49,920 nucleotides of DNA, from positions 1-49,920 of the forward strand of contig JACORV010000039.1 in the NCBI GenBank assembly GCA_016179225.1, given 5' to 3'. Of this stretch, positions 25,612 through 35,292 are shown piece after piece; the first letter of the stretch is position 1, and each line of letters starts with the position of its first letter. Under the pieces are notes generated by a model. That model ran no database searches. It saw nothing but the letters and a program-made list of their open reading frames with translations, and was not told the DNA's origin. The translations under genes and the position numbers were made by a program. The DNA comes from Gemmatimonadota bacterium (GTDB lineage Bacteria > Gemmatimonadota > Gemmatimonadetes > Gemmatimonadales > JACORV01).

Positions 25612-26786
25612 GCCGCGGCCTCGTGCAGGGCGCCGAGCGCGGCCCGCCCGCTGCGCTCCCAATCGAGTCGCGCCGCCTGCTCGCGGGCGCGGCGGCCCAT
25701 GGCCACGCGGCCCGGCTCGTCGGCGATCAGCCGGCGCAGCGCCGCGGCCAGCGCGGCTTCGTCGCCGGGAGGGATGAAGAGGCCGCCGCCCTCGAGAAGC
25801 TGCGGGAGCGGGCTCGCCGTGGTGGCCACCACCGGCGCGCCGCACGCCGCGGCCTCCACCGCCGGCAGGCCGAACCCCTCGCACGCCGAGGGCAGGAGCA
25901 GCGCCAGCGCGCCGGAGTGGACGTGGCGTAGCTCCTCGTCGGGCAGGAACCCGGTCCACTTCACGAGCGCCTCGGTGCCCGAGTCCCTGATGGCCCGGCG
26001 GATGCGCGGCAAGTCGCCGTGGAAGACGTCACCGCTGAGGGTGCCGACCAGCAGCAGATAGGGCGCCGTGGCGCCCAGCTCGGTCGCGACCACCGCGTGC
26101 GCGCGCACGATCGTGTCAACGTGCTTGTGGGGGCTGAAGCCGCCCACGTACGTGAACCAGCGCGCGCCGGCCGGGAGCCCGAGCTTCGCGGCCGCGGCGC
26201 CAATCGCCTGCGCCGATTCGCTGGGGCGGTAGACGGCCGAGGGCGCCTCGACCGCGATGCGCAGCCGCGCGGGCGCGACGTGCAGGACTTCCGCGATCTC
26301 CTTCGCCGCGAAGTCGGAGACCGTGAGCACCAGCCGAGCCTGAAAGAGCGCGAGCGCGACCTTGGCGCGCCAGAAGAGCCTGGCGCGCCACGAAGGGAGC
26401 GTGAGCTCGGGGAAGCGCTCGGCGATGGCGTCGTGCACGGCGATCACCGCCCTTAGACCGGGCGGCAGCGGGAAGAACGTGTAGACCGACGGCGAGAAGA
26501 AGACGTCGAGCCGCTCGCCCCACACCGCCCGGGTGAGCCGCAGCATGTCGATCGGCGAGCGGCTGCCTTCCGCGGCGGCCGCCTGGGTGGGCGCGACCGA
26601 CTGCGCGACGCGCACGGGCCGGACGTTGGGCGCCACGAGGTCGAAGCGCTGGGCCGCGACGGGGTCGAGGAAGCAGACGAACTCGTCGTCGGGCGCGAGG
26701 GCCACCATCGCGGTGAGGAGCTCGCGGGTGAAGCGGCCGTACCCGCGGCCGTTGGCCCAGCAGCAGGCATCCACGCCGATGCGCAT
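25608..26786 (-). CDS. GT-B glycosyltransferase (family 4/1)
   Basis: 392 aa. Motifs MRIGVDACCWANGRGYGRF and LLLPSACEGFGLPAVEAAACGAPVV. Confidence 0.85.
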   Translation of the reverse strand: MRIGVDACCWANGRGYGRFTRELLTAMVALAPDDEFVCFLDPVAAQRFDLVAPNVRPVRVAQSVAPTQAAAAEGSRSPIDMLRLTRAVWGERLDVFFSPSVYTFFPLPPGLRAVIAVHDAIAERFPELTLPSWRARLFWRAKVALALFQARLVLTVSDFAAKEIAEVLHVAPARLRIAVEAPSAVYRPSESAQAIGAAAAKLGLPAGARWFTYVGGFSPHKHVDTIVRAHAVVATELGATAPYLLLVGTLSGDVFHGDLPRIRRAIRDSGTEALVKWTGFLPDEELRHVHSGALALLLPSACEGFGLPAVEAAACGAPVVATTASPLPQLLEGGGLFIPPGDEAALAAALRRLIADEPGRVAMGRRAREQAARLDWERSGRAALGALHEAAA

Positions 26787-26790
26787 CCTG

Positions 26791-28299
26791 TCAGCCCGAC
26801 GGCGCGCCGGCTGGCGCTGCCGCGCGATCGGCTTGGGGCGCCTCCAGGCGCTGCTCCTCGTGGTACTCGTAGTCGGTGTTCACGGACCAGACGTCGTATT
26901 TGGCGCCCTGCATGTTCCACACGGTCATCATCGCCGTGAGCATCGAATGATCCTGGTTGTTGTACTTGTGCATCCCATTCCGGCCCACGAGGTGCAGGTT
27001 CGGGATCGGGTCCAGGAACGTCCGTACCGTGTCCAGGTGCGCGCGGTACTCGCCGTCGTAGATCGGGTAGGCCTTCGGCATTCGGACCACCGTGCCATCC
27101 ACGACCTTGCTGGGATCCACCAGGCCGAGCATGGCCACTTCCTTGGTCGCCAGCGCGATGAGGTCGGCGTCGGGCATCGTCCACAGCCCGTCGCCCTCGA
27201 AGCAGAAGTACTCCAGGCCCAGGCACGTCGCGCCCGGCCTGGGCACCATCGCCCGACTCCAGTTGTTGAAGTTCTGGATCCGCCCGACCTTCACGCCCGG
27301 CGAGTGGATGTAGATCCAGTTGTCCGGGAAGAGGTTGTCCCGGTCGATGACCAGCGCCACGGTGACGAAGTCCCGGTACCGGAGTCCCTCGCCGGATTTC
27401 CGGATGGGCTCGGGCGCCGGCGGCTGGATCATCCGCACCAGCGAACGGATGTCCGTCGTCGAGATGAAGTGCTCGCCTTCGAAGCGACGCTCGCCGCCCG
27501 GGGTCTTGACCCGCGCCGCCACGATGCGCCCGTCTTGCATCTCGAGCGCCTTCACCCGGTGCCGGAGCAGCACCTCGCCGCCCATCTCGCGTATGCGCCC
27601 CGTGCACATCTCCCACATCTGCCCCGGCCCCAGCCGCGGGTACTGGAACTCGTGGATCAGAGTCTTGATCGTCGTGGATCGCCGAGTGAGGGCCGCCGCG
27701 GAGAGGATCGCCTTGGCGAGCGAGAGCCCCTGAATGCGCTGCGCGGCCCACTCGGCGCGGATCTCGGTGCAGGGAATGCCCCAGACCTTCTCCGTGTAGG
27801 TCTTGAAGAAGATCTGGTAGAGCCGCCGCCCGAAGCGGTTCGACACCCACTGCTCGAAGTTCTCCTCGACCGGGTTCGGCCGGAGCCGCGCCTTGAAATA
27901 GCTCAGCACGATCAGCACCGCGTTCCAGATGCCGAGCCCGCGCAGCGCGTTCGCCGCCTTGAGCGGATAGTCGAAGAACCTGCCGTTGTAGTAGATCCGG
28001 GAGAGCCGTGGGACGGAGATGAACTCCTTGCCCAGGATCTCGTGCCACAGCTCTTCGACCGGGGTGATCTTGGTGAAGAAGCGGTGACCGCCGATGTCGA
28101 ACCGGTAGCCCTTGTACTGGGCGGTGCGCGCGATACCGCCCACGACGTCGTCTCCCTCGAGCGCCGTGACCGGGACGCCCTGCTTGGTCAGGAGGTACGT
28201 GGCCGTGAGGCCGCCCGGGCCCGCGCCGATCACGACGACGCGATCCCCGGGCTGGAGCTGGGCGACGGCGCGCGGTTTGCCGGCCTGCGGTTCGGTCAT
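26791..28299 (-). CDS. NAD(P)/FAD-dependent oxidoreductase (paralogue of 606..2057)
   Basis: Starts at MTEPQAGKPR (ATG 28299, 1 nt after the upstream stop). Motifs VVVIGAGPGGLTATY..ALEGDDVVGG. Confidence 0.85.
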   Translation of the reverse strand: MTEPQAGKPRAVAQLQPGDRVVVIGAGPGGLTATYLLTKQGVPVTALEGDDVVGGIARTAQYKGYRFDIGGHRFFTKITPVEELWHEILGKEFISVPRLSRIYYNGRFFDYPLKAANALRGLGIWNAVLIVLSYFKARLRPNPVEENFEQWVSNRFGRRLYQIFFKTYTEKVWGIPCTEIRAEWAAQRIQGLSLAKAILSAAALTRRSTTIKTLIHEFQYPRLGPGQMWEMCTGRIREMGGEVLLRHRVKALEMQDGRIVAARVKTPGGERRFEGEHFISTTDIRSLVRMIQPPAPEPIRKSGEGLRYRDFVTVALVIDRDNLFPDNWIYIHSPGVKVGRIQNFNNWSRAMVPRPGATCLGLEYFCFEGDGLWTMPDADLIALATKEVAMLGLVDPSKVVDGTVVRMPKAYPIYDGEYRAHLDTVRTFLDPIPNLHLVGRNGMHKYNNQDHSMLTAMMTVWNMQGAKYDVWSVNTDYEYHEEQRLEAPQADRAAAPAGAPSG

Positions 28300-28300
28300 C

Positions 28301-29206
28301 CTAGCGCACTTTCTCGAGAGCGTCGCCGGGCCCGAACCAGGAGCCAACGGCCTCGCCCCACGCCCAGGCGATCACGAAGATCGCGAGCAACGGCAGCGAG
28401 AGCGCGAGTTCCCGGCGATAGCGCCCGGTCCGGAGCACGTTGGTGACGATACGGTAGAACAGAAGCGGGGGGAGCGCGCACACCGCGAAGCCGTACGCCG
28501 ACCGCCGGCGGATCCCGGCACCCGCTACCCGCACCCCCGCGTAGGAACGGGAGTAAAGATACCGCTGGTGGACGTATTCGCCGACCGTGTAGTGCTTCTG
28601 GTGGCCGACCACGATGTCCGGCCGGCTCTCCAGCGCGATCCCCGCCGCCTTCATGGCGTCGTGCAGGCGGTTCTCCCACCCGCCTTCCGCGATCGTGGCG
28701 CGGAAGCGCTCCAGGAGGGCACGCCGGTAGGTCACGTTGTTCCCGGTGAGCCACGGCGCCGGCCCCCGCGGCGGCGGCACCAGGCAGTGGCTGTACTCGC
28801 AGAGGAACGCCGCCCAGTCCACGACCCGGTCACGCGCCGCGTTGTCGACCGCGCCGCCCACGACTTCGGCGCCGCCCTGATGCTCGGCGAGCATGCGCTC
28901 GGCCCAGTCCGGCGGAACGATGACGTGGTCCTCGATGACGCCGACCACGTCGGCGCGCGCCGCGCCGAAGGCCATCTCGCGCAACCGCGGGATGGTCGTC
29001 CCGGCGGGCGCTTCCAGTAGTCGCACCTCCGGGTGCTCCCGGCGCACCCTCTCCCGCACCTCCTCGCCGACCCGATCGGCGACGATCACCTCGAGGGCGA
29101 CGCCGTTGGGCTGCGCCTCCAACGCCCTAAGGCAGCCGGCAAGATCGCCCCAGCCGTTGACCGACGGCACCACGACCGCCAGGTCGGGCTTCCCGCGGTC
29201 AACCAT
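28301..29206 (-). CDS. Family 2 glycosyltransferase (tandem paralogue 1 of 3)
   Basis: 301 aa. Motif LAVVVPSVNGW...; C-terminal TM hairpin ending IAWAWGEAVGSWFGP. Confidence 0.8.
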   Translation of the reverse strand: MVDRGKPDLAVVVPSVNGWGDLAGCLRALEAQPNGVALEVIVADRVGEEVRERVRREHPEVRLLEAPAGTTIPRLREMAFGAARADVVGVIEDHVIVPPDWAERMLAEHQGGAEVVGGAVDNAARDRVVDWAAFLCEYSHCLVPPPRGPAPWLTGNNVTYRRALLERFRATIAEGGWENRLHDAMKAAGIALESRPDIVVGHQKHYTVGEYVHQRYLYSRSYAGVRVAGAGIRRRSAYGFAVCALPPLLFYRIVTNVLRTGRYRRELALSLPLLAIFVIAWAWGEAVGSWFGPGDALEKVR

Positions 29207-30140
29207 GCGCGCTCTCGGCGGGCGCCGGGCCGCGCCAGTAGCCCACCGCTTCGCCGACCGACCAGGCGGCGAGGAACGTGAAGGTGATCGGCAGGGCGCG
29301 CAGGAACGGCCCGCGTTGGCGGCGCGCTATGGCCTGAGACACCCGGCCCGTAAGCAGGAAGGGTAGGGCGAGCGTGCCCGGCAGGTAGAGCCAGCGCCGC
29401 GCGCTCCCCTCCTCTCGCAGCCGGCGCCGCGCGAAGGCGAGGCCGTGGCCGTATCGGTCGCGGCAGAAATCGAGGAAGCGGTAGTTCTTGTTCTGATACA
29501 CCGCGGCCGTCTTGAGAAACTGCATGGTGCTGCCACGCTCCAGCAGGCGCGCGTGGGCGACGTTCTCCCACTCCCCGTCGCGGGCCAAAGCCGTGACCTC
29601 GTCCACGACGCGCCGGCTGTAGGCGACGTTGGCGCCGGTGAGGAGCGGGGCGTCGCCCAGGCTCCCGCCGTCCTCCGCGAAGAACCCGTACTCCGCGAAG
29701 TACGCCGCCCAGTCGATGGCGCGCCCCTGCTGCGCGTTGTCCATCGCGCCGCCCACCACGTCGGCGCCGTCCTTCCGGTGCGCCGCCACAAGCTGCGCGA
29801 TCCAGTCCGGGGCCGCGACGCAATGGTCCTCGGTGAGGGCGACGATGTCGCCTTCGGCGGCGGCCAGTCCGGCGCCGCGCAGGTAGGGGACCGTCGCGTC
29901 CTCCGGCGCTGGCACGAAGAGCACCGAGGGGTACTCGCGCTCCAGCTGGCGGAACTCGGTGTGCGCTCCCGCCCGCGCCACGACCAGCTCGGCGGAGTGC
30001 TCCCGGCACTGGGGCAGCAGCGATGCCAAACAGGCGTCGAGCAGCGGCCGCTCTCGGAACGAGGCGACGACCACCGAAATCGTCGGCGTCTCGCTCAACC
30101 TGACGCCGCGCTCGCCTGGCGGAATATCGCGCGCCTGCAT
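29199..30140 (-). CDS. Family 2 glycosyltransferase (tandem paralogue 2 of 3)
   Basis: 313 aa. Motifs ISVVVASFRE and LTEDHC; C-terminal AAWSVGEAVGYWRGP. Confidence 0.8.
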   Translation of the reverse strand: MQARDIPPGERGVRLSETPTISVVVASFRERPLLDACLASLLPQCREHSAELVVARAGAHTEFRQLEREYPSVLFVPAPEDATVPYLRGAGLAAAEGDIVALTEDHCVAAPDWIAQLVAAHRKDGADVVGGAMDNAQQGRAIDWAAYFAEYGFFAEDGGSLGDAPLLTGANVAYSRRVVDEVTALARDGEWENVAHARLLERGSTMQFLKTAAVYQNKNYRFLDFCRDRYGHGLAFARRRLREEGSARRWLYLPGTLALPFLLTGRVSQAIARRQRGPFLRALPITFTFLAAWSVGEAVGYWRGPAPAESAHG

Positions 30141-30147
30141 GGTCGGC

Positions 30148-31053
30148 TCAGGCCGCCACGGGCTGGGGCGCGGTGCCGCGACGGGCGCGCCACGCGCCCC
30201 ATCCCTCGCCCGCGGCCCACGCCGCGCCCAGCACCAGCAGCAGCGGCAAGGCGACCACGGCGCGCGTGAAGAGCCCCGGACGCGACCGCACGCGCCGCAA
30301 CACTCGGGCCGCGAGCGCCACGGGAACCAGCGGCGCCGCGGCCATCACCCGAACCGGTGGAACGCTCTCAGCGGTCACGCGATACTCCCCAAAGCGGCGT
30401 CCGTGATGGAAACGGTGACGGAAGATCGTGCCGAACGCGAACGACGGCCCGAACTCCACCGTCGCGTCGGCCGCGAACGTCAGGCGCGCGCCCTCCGCCC
30501 GGATCCGGCGATGAAACTCGACCTCCCAGAACCCGGCCGCGAAGCTGCCGCGGTGGCGCTCGAGCGCCGTCCGTTCATACGCGGCGTTGTCACCGGGGAT
30601 CTCCGGAACGACGCCCGTCGGCGCCGGCGGCAGGAACGCGGAATAGCGCAGCAAGTACACCGCCCAGTCCACCACGCCGGTCCCGGCGGCGAGTGCCAGC
30701 GCGCCCCCCACGCCGGTGAAGCCGGCGTCTATACCCTGTAGCAAGGCCCGTGCCCAGGCCGGCCCCGCGAACGTGTGCCCCGTAAAAAACGCCACGACCG
30801 TGCCCTTGGACACCCGGAACCCTTCCGCCCAGAGCTCCGGCACTAGGGCTCCCGGGTGGGCTGCCACCAGGCGGACCGCGGGACGCGACCCCCTCACGTG
30901 GTCCGCGAGCACCTCGTCCTCAGGGTGCACCACCAGGATCTCGGCGGGGACGTCGGCGCAGGCGGCCTCCAGCGAGGCGAGACAGCGATCGATGCTCCGC
31001 CGGGCCTCCACGCACGCCACCACCACCGACAGCCGGGGCGCCTCCGCGCTCAC
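30148..31053 (-). CDS. Family 2 glycosyltransferase (tandem paralogue 3 of 3)
   Basis: The ORF is open to 31113. GTG 31053 gives a GTGA overlap with the upstream stop and a 301-aa product. Motif LSVVVACVEA...; C-terminal AAWAAGEGWGAW. Confidence 0.75.
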   Translation of the reverse strand: MSAEAPRLSVVVACVEARRSIDRCLASLEAACADVPAEILVVHPEDEVLADHVRGSRPAVRLVAAHPGALVPELWAEGFRVSKGTVVAFFTGHTFAGPAWARALLQGIDAGFTGVGGALALAAGTGVVDWAVYLLRYSAFLPPAPTGVVPEIPGDNAAYERTALERHRGSFAAGFWEVEFHRRIRAEGARLTFAADATVEFGPSFAFGTIFRHRFHHGRRFGEYRVTAESVPPVRVMAAAPLVPVALAARVLRRVRSRPGLFTRAVVALPLLLVLGAAWAAGEGWGAWRARRGTAPQPVAA

Positions 31054-32711
31054 GGGTCGTGCTCGAAGTCGCGATGGGCGTTGTCGCGCAAGTAGGCCGC
31101 CACCGCGCCGCACGCGGCGTCGTCCGGATCCGCCGCGTCGGCGTCCTGCAGGTGGAACAGGAACGTGCGCGGCGGGAACGTGCCCGCCAGCGCGAACGCC
31201 CGGCAGTTGGCCTGAAGGAGCGGCGCGATCCGCCCGATCTCCTGCGGCTGGAGGCTCGAGAGCAGCACGTAACTGACTCGGCTGCGCCGCAGGAAGGGGA
31301 CGAAACTCGCGGAGTCCTGGCGCAGCGCCCGCTCAAACACCGCGGTTTTGCGCTCGGTATAGAGGTAGAAGCTCGTGGGCTTGGCGGTGAGGAAAGCCGC
31401 CTGGTGCGGCGTCGCTTGGTTCACCAGCCTCACGGCCGCGAAGAAGCTCACCTGGTCCCGCTTCAGGCACGCTGGGTCGGGGAGCTCCGTGCCTCGCTCG
31501 CAGCGGCTCATCTGCGCGAGCATGGGCGCGGAGCGGTACGTGGCGTTGACCGTGAGCACGACGGCGCACAGCGCCATCGCGGGGACGCTCCACGACGCTC
31601 GGACCTTGCCGGCGAGCGTCCCCAACCCGATGATCGTGACCGGCACCAGGACGGGCAGGAGCGGGACCGTGAACCGCCCGATCCGCCAGGGCCAGAAGGC
31701 GAGGAGCAGGGCGGTGAACACGACGTACAGCGCGGCGACCCGCCACCGGCGGTAGAACACGACCAGGCCCGTGAGGAACGCCAGGCAGACGGCGACGACG
31801 CTCACGATGTTGTCCGCGCGCGTCCCCTCGATCGTGGGCACTGGTAGGCGAAAGGGGATCGAAGTCGTGAGGTACCCGAACAAGTTTCCGAAGCCGCGCT
31901 TGAGGAGCTGGAAGTGCTGCACCGTGGCGCCGCCCACCCGCGCGACTTGCTCCACCGCGCCGTGCGTGGCGTCGGCTACATACGAGCTTCCGACGTAGCG
32001 CTCCGGCGCGACTATCGTCCACGCGAGCCACAGCCCCTTGGTGGCTGCGCCCGCCACCGCGAACGCGACGACGGCGGTCCAGCGCCGCTCTAGGATCCAG
32101 TGCAGGCCCACCGCCGCCAGCAGGGTCACCCCCACGCTGCGCGTGAGGGCGCCCGCGATCGCCGCCGCACCTGCCGCGATCAGCGTCCCGCGCGAGCGCG
32201 AGCCACGCGTGAGCAGGAACAGGGTGAGCATGCTCCAGAGGCCGAACGGCGGCTCCGAGAGCAGGCTCCCGGCGTCCCGAATGAGGTAGGGGTTCACTGC
32301 CAGCACGGCGAGACACAGCAGCGCCACGAGCGGCGACCAGAGCCGCTTCACCGCGGCGTACACCAGGGCGAGCGTCCCCGCCGACGAGAGGATGCTGAGC
32401 GTGACCAGAGCGTCGAAGCGGTCGCTGAACACGGCCCCCCACAGCGCCAGCATGGCAGGATAGCCCGGAGGGTACAGGCTGTGGATCGGCGCGTCGAGAC
32501 GCCAGAGCTCGTGGTAGCTGAGGTGACGCAGCGCCCGGGCGAGTAGCACGTAGCGCGCATCGTCCTGGGCGGTCTCGATGCCCGGCAGGCGCGCGATCCA
32601 CGCGAGCACGACGTGGACGAGGAGCAAGGCGATCGCCGCCCAGCCCAGGGCGGACGCACCCTGGTCGGTGGGAAGCGCGCGTTCGTCGGCTTGTGGAGCG
32701 GGTGGGTGCAT
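31050..32711 (-). CDS. Large polytopic membrane protein, GT-C/ArnT-PMT-like glycosyltransferase (or polymerase-like)
   Basis: 553 aa with about 11 TM helices followed by a soluble C-terminal domain. Acidic first loop (ETAQDDARY) and YPPGYP motif. Confidence 0.65.
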   Translation of the reverse strand: MHPPAPQADERALPTDQGASALGWAAIALLLVHVVLAWIARLPGIETAQDDARYVLLARALRHLSYHELWRLDAPIHSLYPPGYPAMLALWGAVFSDRFDALVTLSILSSAGTLALVYAAVKRLWSPLVALLCLAVLAVNPYLIRDAGSLLSEPPFGLWSMLTLFLLTRGSRSRGTLIAAGAAAIAGALTRSVGVTLLAAVGLHWILERRWTAVVAFAVAGAATKGLWLAWTIVAPERYVGSSYVADATHGAVEQVARVGGATVQHFQLLKRGFGNLFGYLTTSIPFRLPVPTIEGTRADNIVSVVAVCLAFLTGLVVFYRRWRVAALYVVFTALLLAFWPWRIGRFTVPLLPVLVPVTIIGLGTLAGKVRASWSVPAMALCAVVLTVNATYRSAPMLAQMSRCERGTELPDPACLKRDQVSFFAAVRLVNQATPHQAAFLTAKPTSFYLYTERKTAVFERALRQDSASFVPFLRRSRVSYVLLSSLQPQEIGRIAPLLQANCRAFALAGTFPPRTFLFHLQDADAADPDDAACGAVAAYLRDNAHRDFEHDP

Positions 32712-32759
32712 GAATGGTGGCTGTAGAATAAGCCCAGAGGGGGGGCTTGGGTATTCGTG

Positions 32760-33404
32760 CTAGCCCGGGAGGGCCGCGCCAAGGGCCGGCAGGATCTCGG
32801 TCGCGACGCGCGACGCCAGCCTGAAGGCGCTCTCTTCGTTGTCGGTGATCGGGACCATCACCCGCACCAGCGCTTCCTCACTGCGCCGGCGCAGCGCGGC
32901 GTCGCGCAGGAGATTCCACTTCACGACGTACTCGCTCGACTCGATGCGACCGCGGCCCTGGTACCAGTACAGCACCAGCGCCCGGTCCGCGCCCTTCTGG
33001 ATCAGGTAGCGGTTCACCGCGACCGCGCCGCCCGGGGCGGGGATGCGCGCCGTGGTCGAGGCGAGCGCCTCCCAGCCGGATCCCGGCAGGCAGTTCTTCG
33101 GCGAGTGGATCGTGCGGCCCTGGGTCTGGCTCTCGTAGTAGCCGACGAAGAGGTAGGCGGTGTGCCCGGGATCCGCCTCGGCGTTGGCGTACACGCGCAC
33201 CAGGTAGTCGTCCACGCCCGCGGCCTGCCGTTCCTCCGCAGCCAGCACCCCGTCGCGTCCGCGGTAGTCGGCAACGGCGGCCGGCAGCGCGGCGGTGAGC
33301 GTCGTGCGCAGTGGGAAGCTCCGCTGCGTGTTGATTCCCACCGTCAGCAGGGCTCCCCCCACCAGGAGGGCGGCGGGCGCCCAGCCCGCCAGCGGCCGCC
33401 TCAT
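32760..33404 (-). CDS. EpsI-family exosortase-associated protein
   Basis: This is the C-terminal 214 codons of ORF 32760..34139. ATG 33404 forms an ATGA overlap with the exosortase stop. It has an N-terminal anchor plus HSPKNCLPGSGW and LVLYWYQ motifs typical of EpsI. Confidence 0.8.
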   Translation of the reverse strand: MRRPLAGWAPAALLVGGALLTVGINTQRSFPLRTTLTAALPAAVADYRGRDGVLAAEERQAAGVDDYLVRVYANAEADPGHTAYLFVGYYESQTQGRTIHSPKNCLPGSGWEALASTTARIPAPGGAVAVNRYLIQKGADRALVLYWYQGRGRIESSEYVVKWNLLRDAALRRRSEEALVRVMVPITDNEESAFRLASRVATEILPALGAALPG

Positions 33405-34297
33405 GGCGTCCTCCGCCAGCCCTCGGCCAGATGGAGCACCCACGCCACCCCGCCCAGAATTGTGAACGCAGCCACGAATAGCGCCCAACCCTCGGTGTAG
33501 TGCATCACCCCGTCCCCCAACTCCGGGCTGACGAAGAAGACGAGGAACCCGGTGAGGAAGATCCTGAGGCCGTTGAGCAGCATTGCCACCGGGATGGCCG
33601 CGAGCACCAGCATGAGGCGCGACCACGGCGAGCGCAGCCACAGCCCGCCGATCAGCACGCCGAGGGCGATAAGCGCGGTGAGCGACCGGAGTCCGCTGCA
33701 CGCCTCGGTGACAAACAGGGAGCGTCCCGGCAACCTGATCACGTTCCCGGCGAGCGCGACCGGCACGTGGCGCGCCTCGAGCAGCGTCGCCCCGAACTCC
33801 GAGGCCTTGAGCTGCAGCGGGAGCGCCAGGCTGCTCAGCACGACGGCGGGGAGCGGGATGGACAGCAGGAGGAGGAGGGCGGAAAGCCACCAGTGCACGA
33901 GCTGGCGGACCCCGAGCCCGTAAACGAGAAGGGCGCCCAGCGCGCCCATCATCGAGAGCCGCATCGTGAACGGCTCCGCGGCGAGGCCCGAGACGTACCG
34001 GAGGAGCACCGCCCCGGCCAGCATGGTGAGGCCGAGGACGTGCTGAGGCCGCGGGCTGGAAACCCGCCCGCGACGCCAGGCGAGAACGATGGCTAGAGGA
34101 CCCAACAGGAGACCGTGCCCCGCGTCGGGGGCGCGCCACCAGTCCCCGACCAGGCTCACCATAGGCTGAAAGAAGAGAACCAGGTAACCTAGCCCCGCCG
34201 CGAGCATCGGGACCAGGACCCTCCAGTCAGCCGACGCCACGCGCCCGAGCGTGAGGGTCACACCGGTCACACTACCATGCGCCCCGCCTGAAGACAA
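33401..34297 (-). CDS. Exosortase (EpsH/Xrt family transpeptidase)
   Basis: 298 aa, polytopic. Catalytic-type motifs VTEACSGLRSL (Cys), LLNGLRI (Arg) and MHYTEGW (His). The start is uncertain: TTG 34297, GTG 34270 or GTG 34263. Confidence 0.85.
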   Translation of the reverse strand: MSSGGAHGSVTGVTLTLGRVASADWRVLVPMLAAGLGYLVLFFQPMVSLVGDWWRAPDAGHGLLLGPLAIVLAWRRGRVSSPRPQHVLGLTMLAGAVLLRYVSGLAAEPFTMRLSMMGALGALLVYGLGVRQLVHWWLSALLLLLSIPLPAVVLSSLALPLQLKASEFGATLLEARHVPVALAGNVIRLPGRSLFVTEACSGLRSLTALIALGVLIGGLWLRSPWSRLMLVLAAIPVAMLLNGLRIFLTGFLVFFVSPELGDGVMHYTEGWALFVAAFTILGGVAWVLHLAEGWRRTP

Positions 34298-35003
34298 CCA
34301 CCGGCGCCGTCATGAGCATGATTTTCAGATCTTCCATGACCGACCGGCGCGCGATGAACTCGAGATCGTACGCGACCTTGCGTCGCACGTCGTCCAGGTT
34401 CGCGTCGTAGCCGCTGTTGACCTGCGCCCACCCCGTGATGCCCGGCCGAACCCGCTGCCGCTCCGCATAGCCATCGACCTTCTCGCGCAGATTGGCGAAG
34501 ATCCTGAGCTGCTCGGGGCGCGGCCCCACGATGTTCATGTCGCCCCTGAGCACGTTGAAGAGCTGCGGTAGCTCGTCCAGCCGGTACTTGCGCAGGATGC
34601 GCCCGACCGGCGTGACACGCGGGTCGTCGGGACGCGCCCACACCTGGTCGTCGCCACTCGACTTCTTCGCGGACATCGTGCGGAACTTGTAGATCGTGAA
34701 CGGCTTCCCGCCGTAGTCCAGCCGCCGCCGGCTGTTGCCGCCCTCGTTCCCGCGGTCACGCCGGTTGAGTCCGACGCGCGCCTGGCAGAAGAGCACCGGA
34801 CCGGGCGAGGTCAGCTTCACCAGGATGGCGATCACGATGATGAGCGGCGCTGCGAGTATCAGCGCCAGGAGTGCGACGGTCACGTTCAGGGCCCGCCGCG
34901 CTCCTTCCTGCGGCTCGGCGAACGCCTCCTCTTTGGCGACCGCCCGCAGGGGCTGCGCGCCAGCCGTCAACTCATAGGTCTCGTACATCTCGAGCGAGGT
35001 CAT
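34272..35003 (-). CDS. Polyprenyl-phosphate sugar-1-phosphate transferase (bacterial sugar transferase, EpsB/WbaP C-terminal type)
   Basis: 243 aa. Motifs [43 protein letters not shown] and PGITGWAQV. Confidence 0.9.
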   Translation of the reverse strand: MTSLEMYETYELTAGAQPLRAVAKEEAFAEPQEGARRALNVTVALLALILAAPLIIVIAILVKLTSPGPVLFCQARVGLNRRDRGNEGGNSRRRLDYGGKPFTIYKFRTMSAKKSSGDDQVWARPDDPRVTPVGRILRKYRLDELPQLFNVLRGDMNIVGPRPEQLRIFANLREKVDGYAERQRVRPGITGWAQVNSGYDANLDDVRRKVAYDLEFIARRSVMEDLKIMLMTAPVVVFRRGAW

Positions 35004-35106
35004 GCCGCGATCCGCTCTCCCGGTGTTGAGGCCTGGTCGGCAACTGCGGCGGTTTATGAATGCCAGGCCCGGTCACGCGTGCGATTAATTTCGACCTCTC
35101 TATCTC

Positions 35107-35121
35107 GCAAAGAGCGTGCGC
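35107..35121 (-). promoter_or_regulatory. Weak sigma-54-like element upstream of the 14-kb EPS operon
   Basis: The reverse complement reads GCGCACG-CTCT-TTGC, so one G of the -24 GG is replaced. It lies 104 nt upstream of ATG 35003. An overlapping TTGCGA-N17-TAATCG could instead be a sigma-70-type promoter. Confidence 0.25.
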
Positions 35122-35292
35122 GGGCCGGTTTTTTGGTCCCCCTCATGTAAGCCAAAGCGAAATATGAAGTTACGAGGCCGTCGAGGGCGGAATTACCTGT
35201 GGCGCTGTTGCGGCGCGGCTTCTAACTGTGGGGGGGGTGCTACAAGTGGAGTCGCTTCCCTCGCGTGCTGGCGAGGGCGCCGTGGCAGTCTG

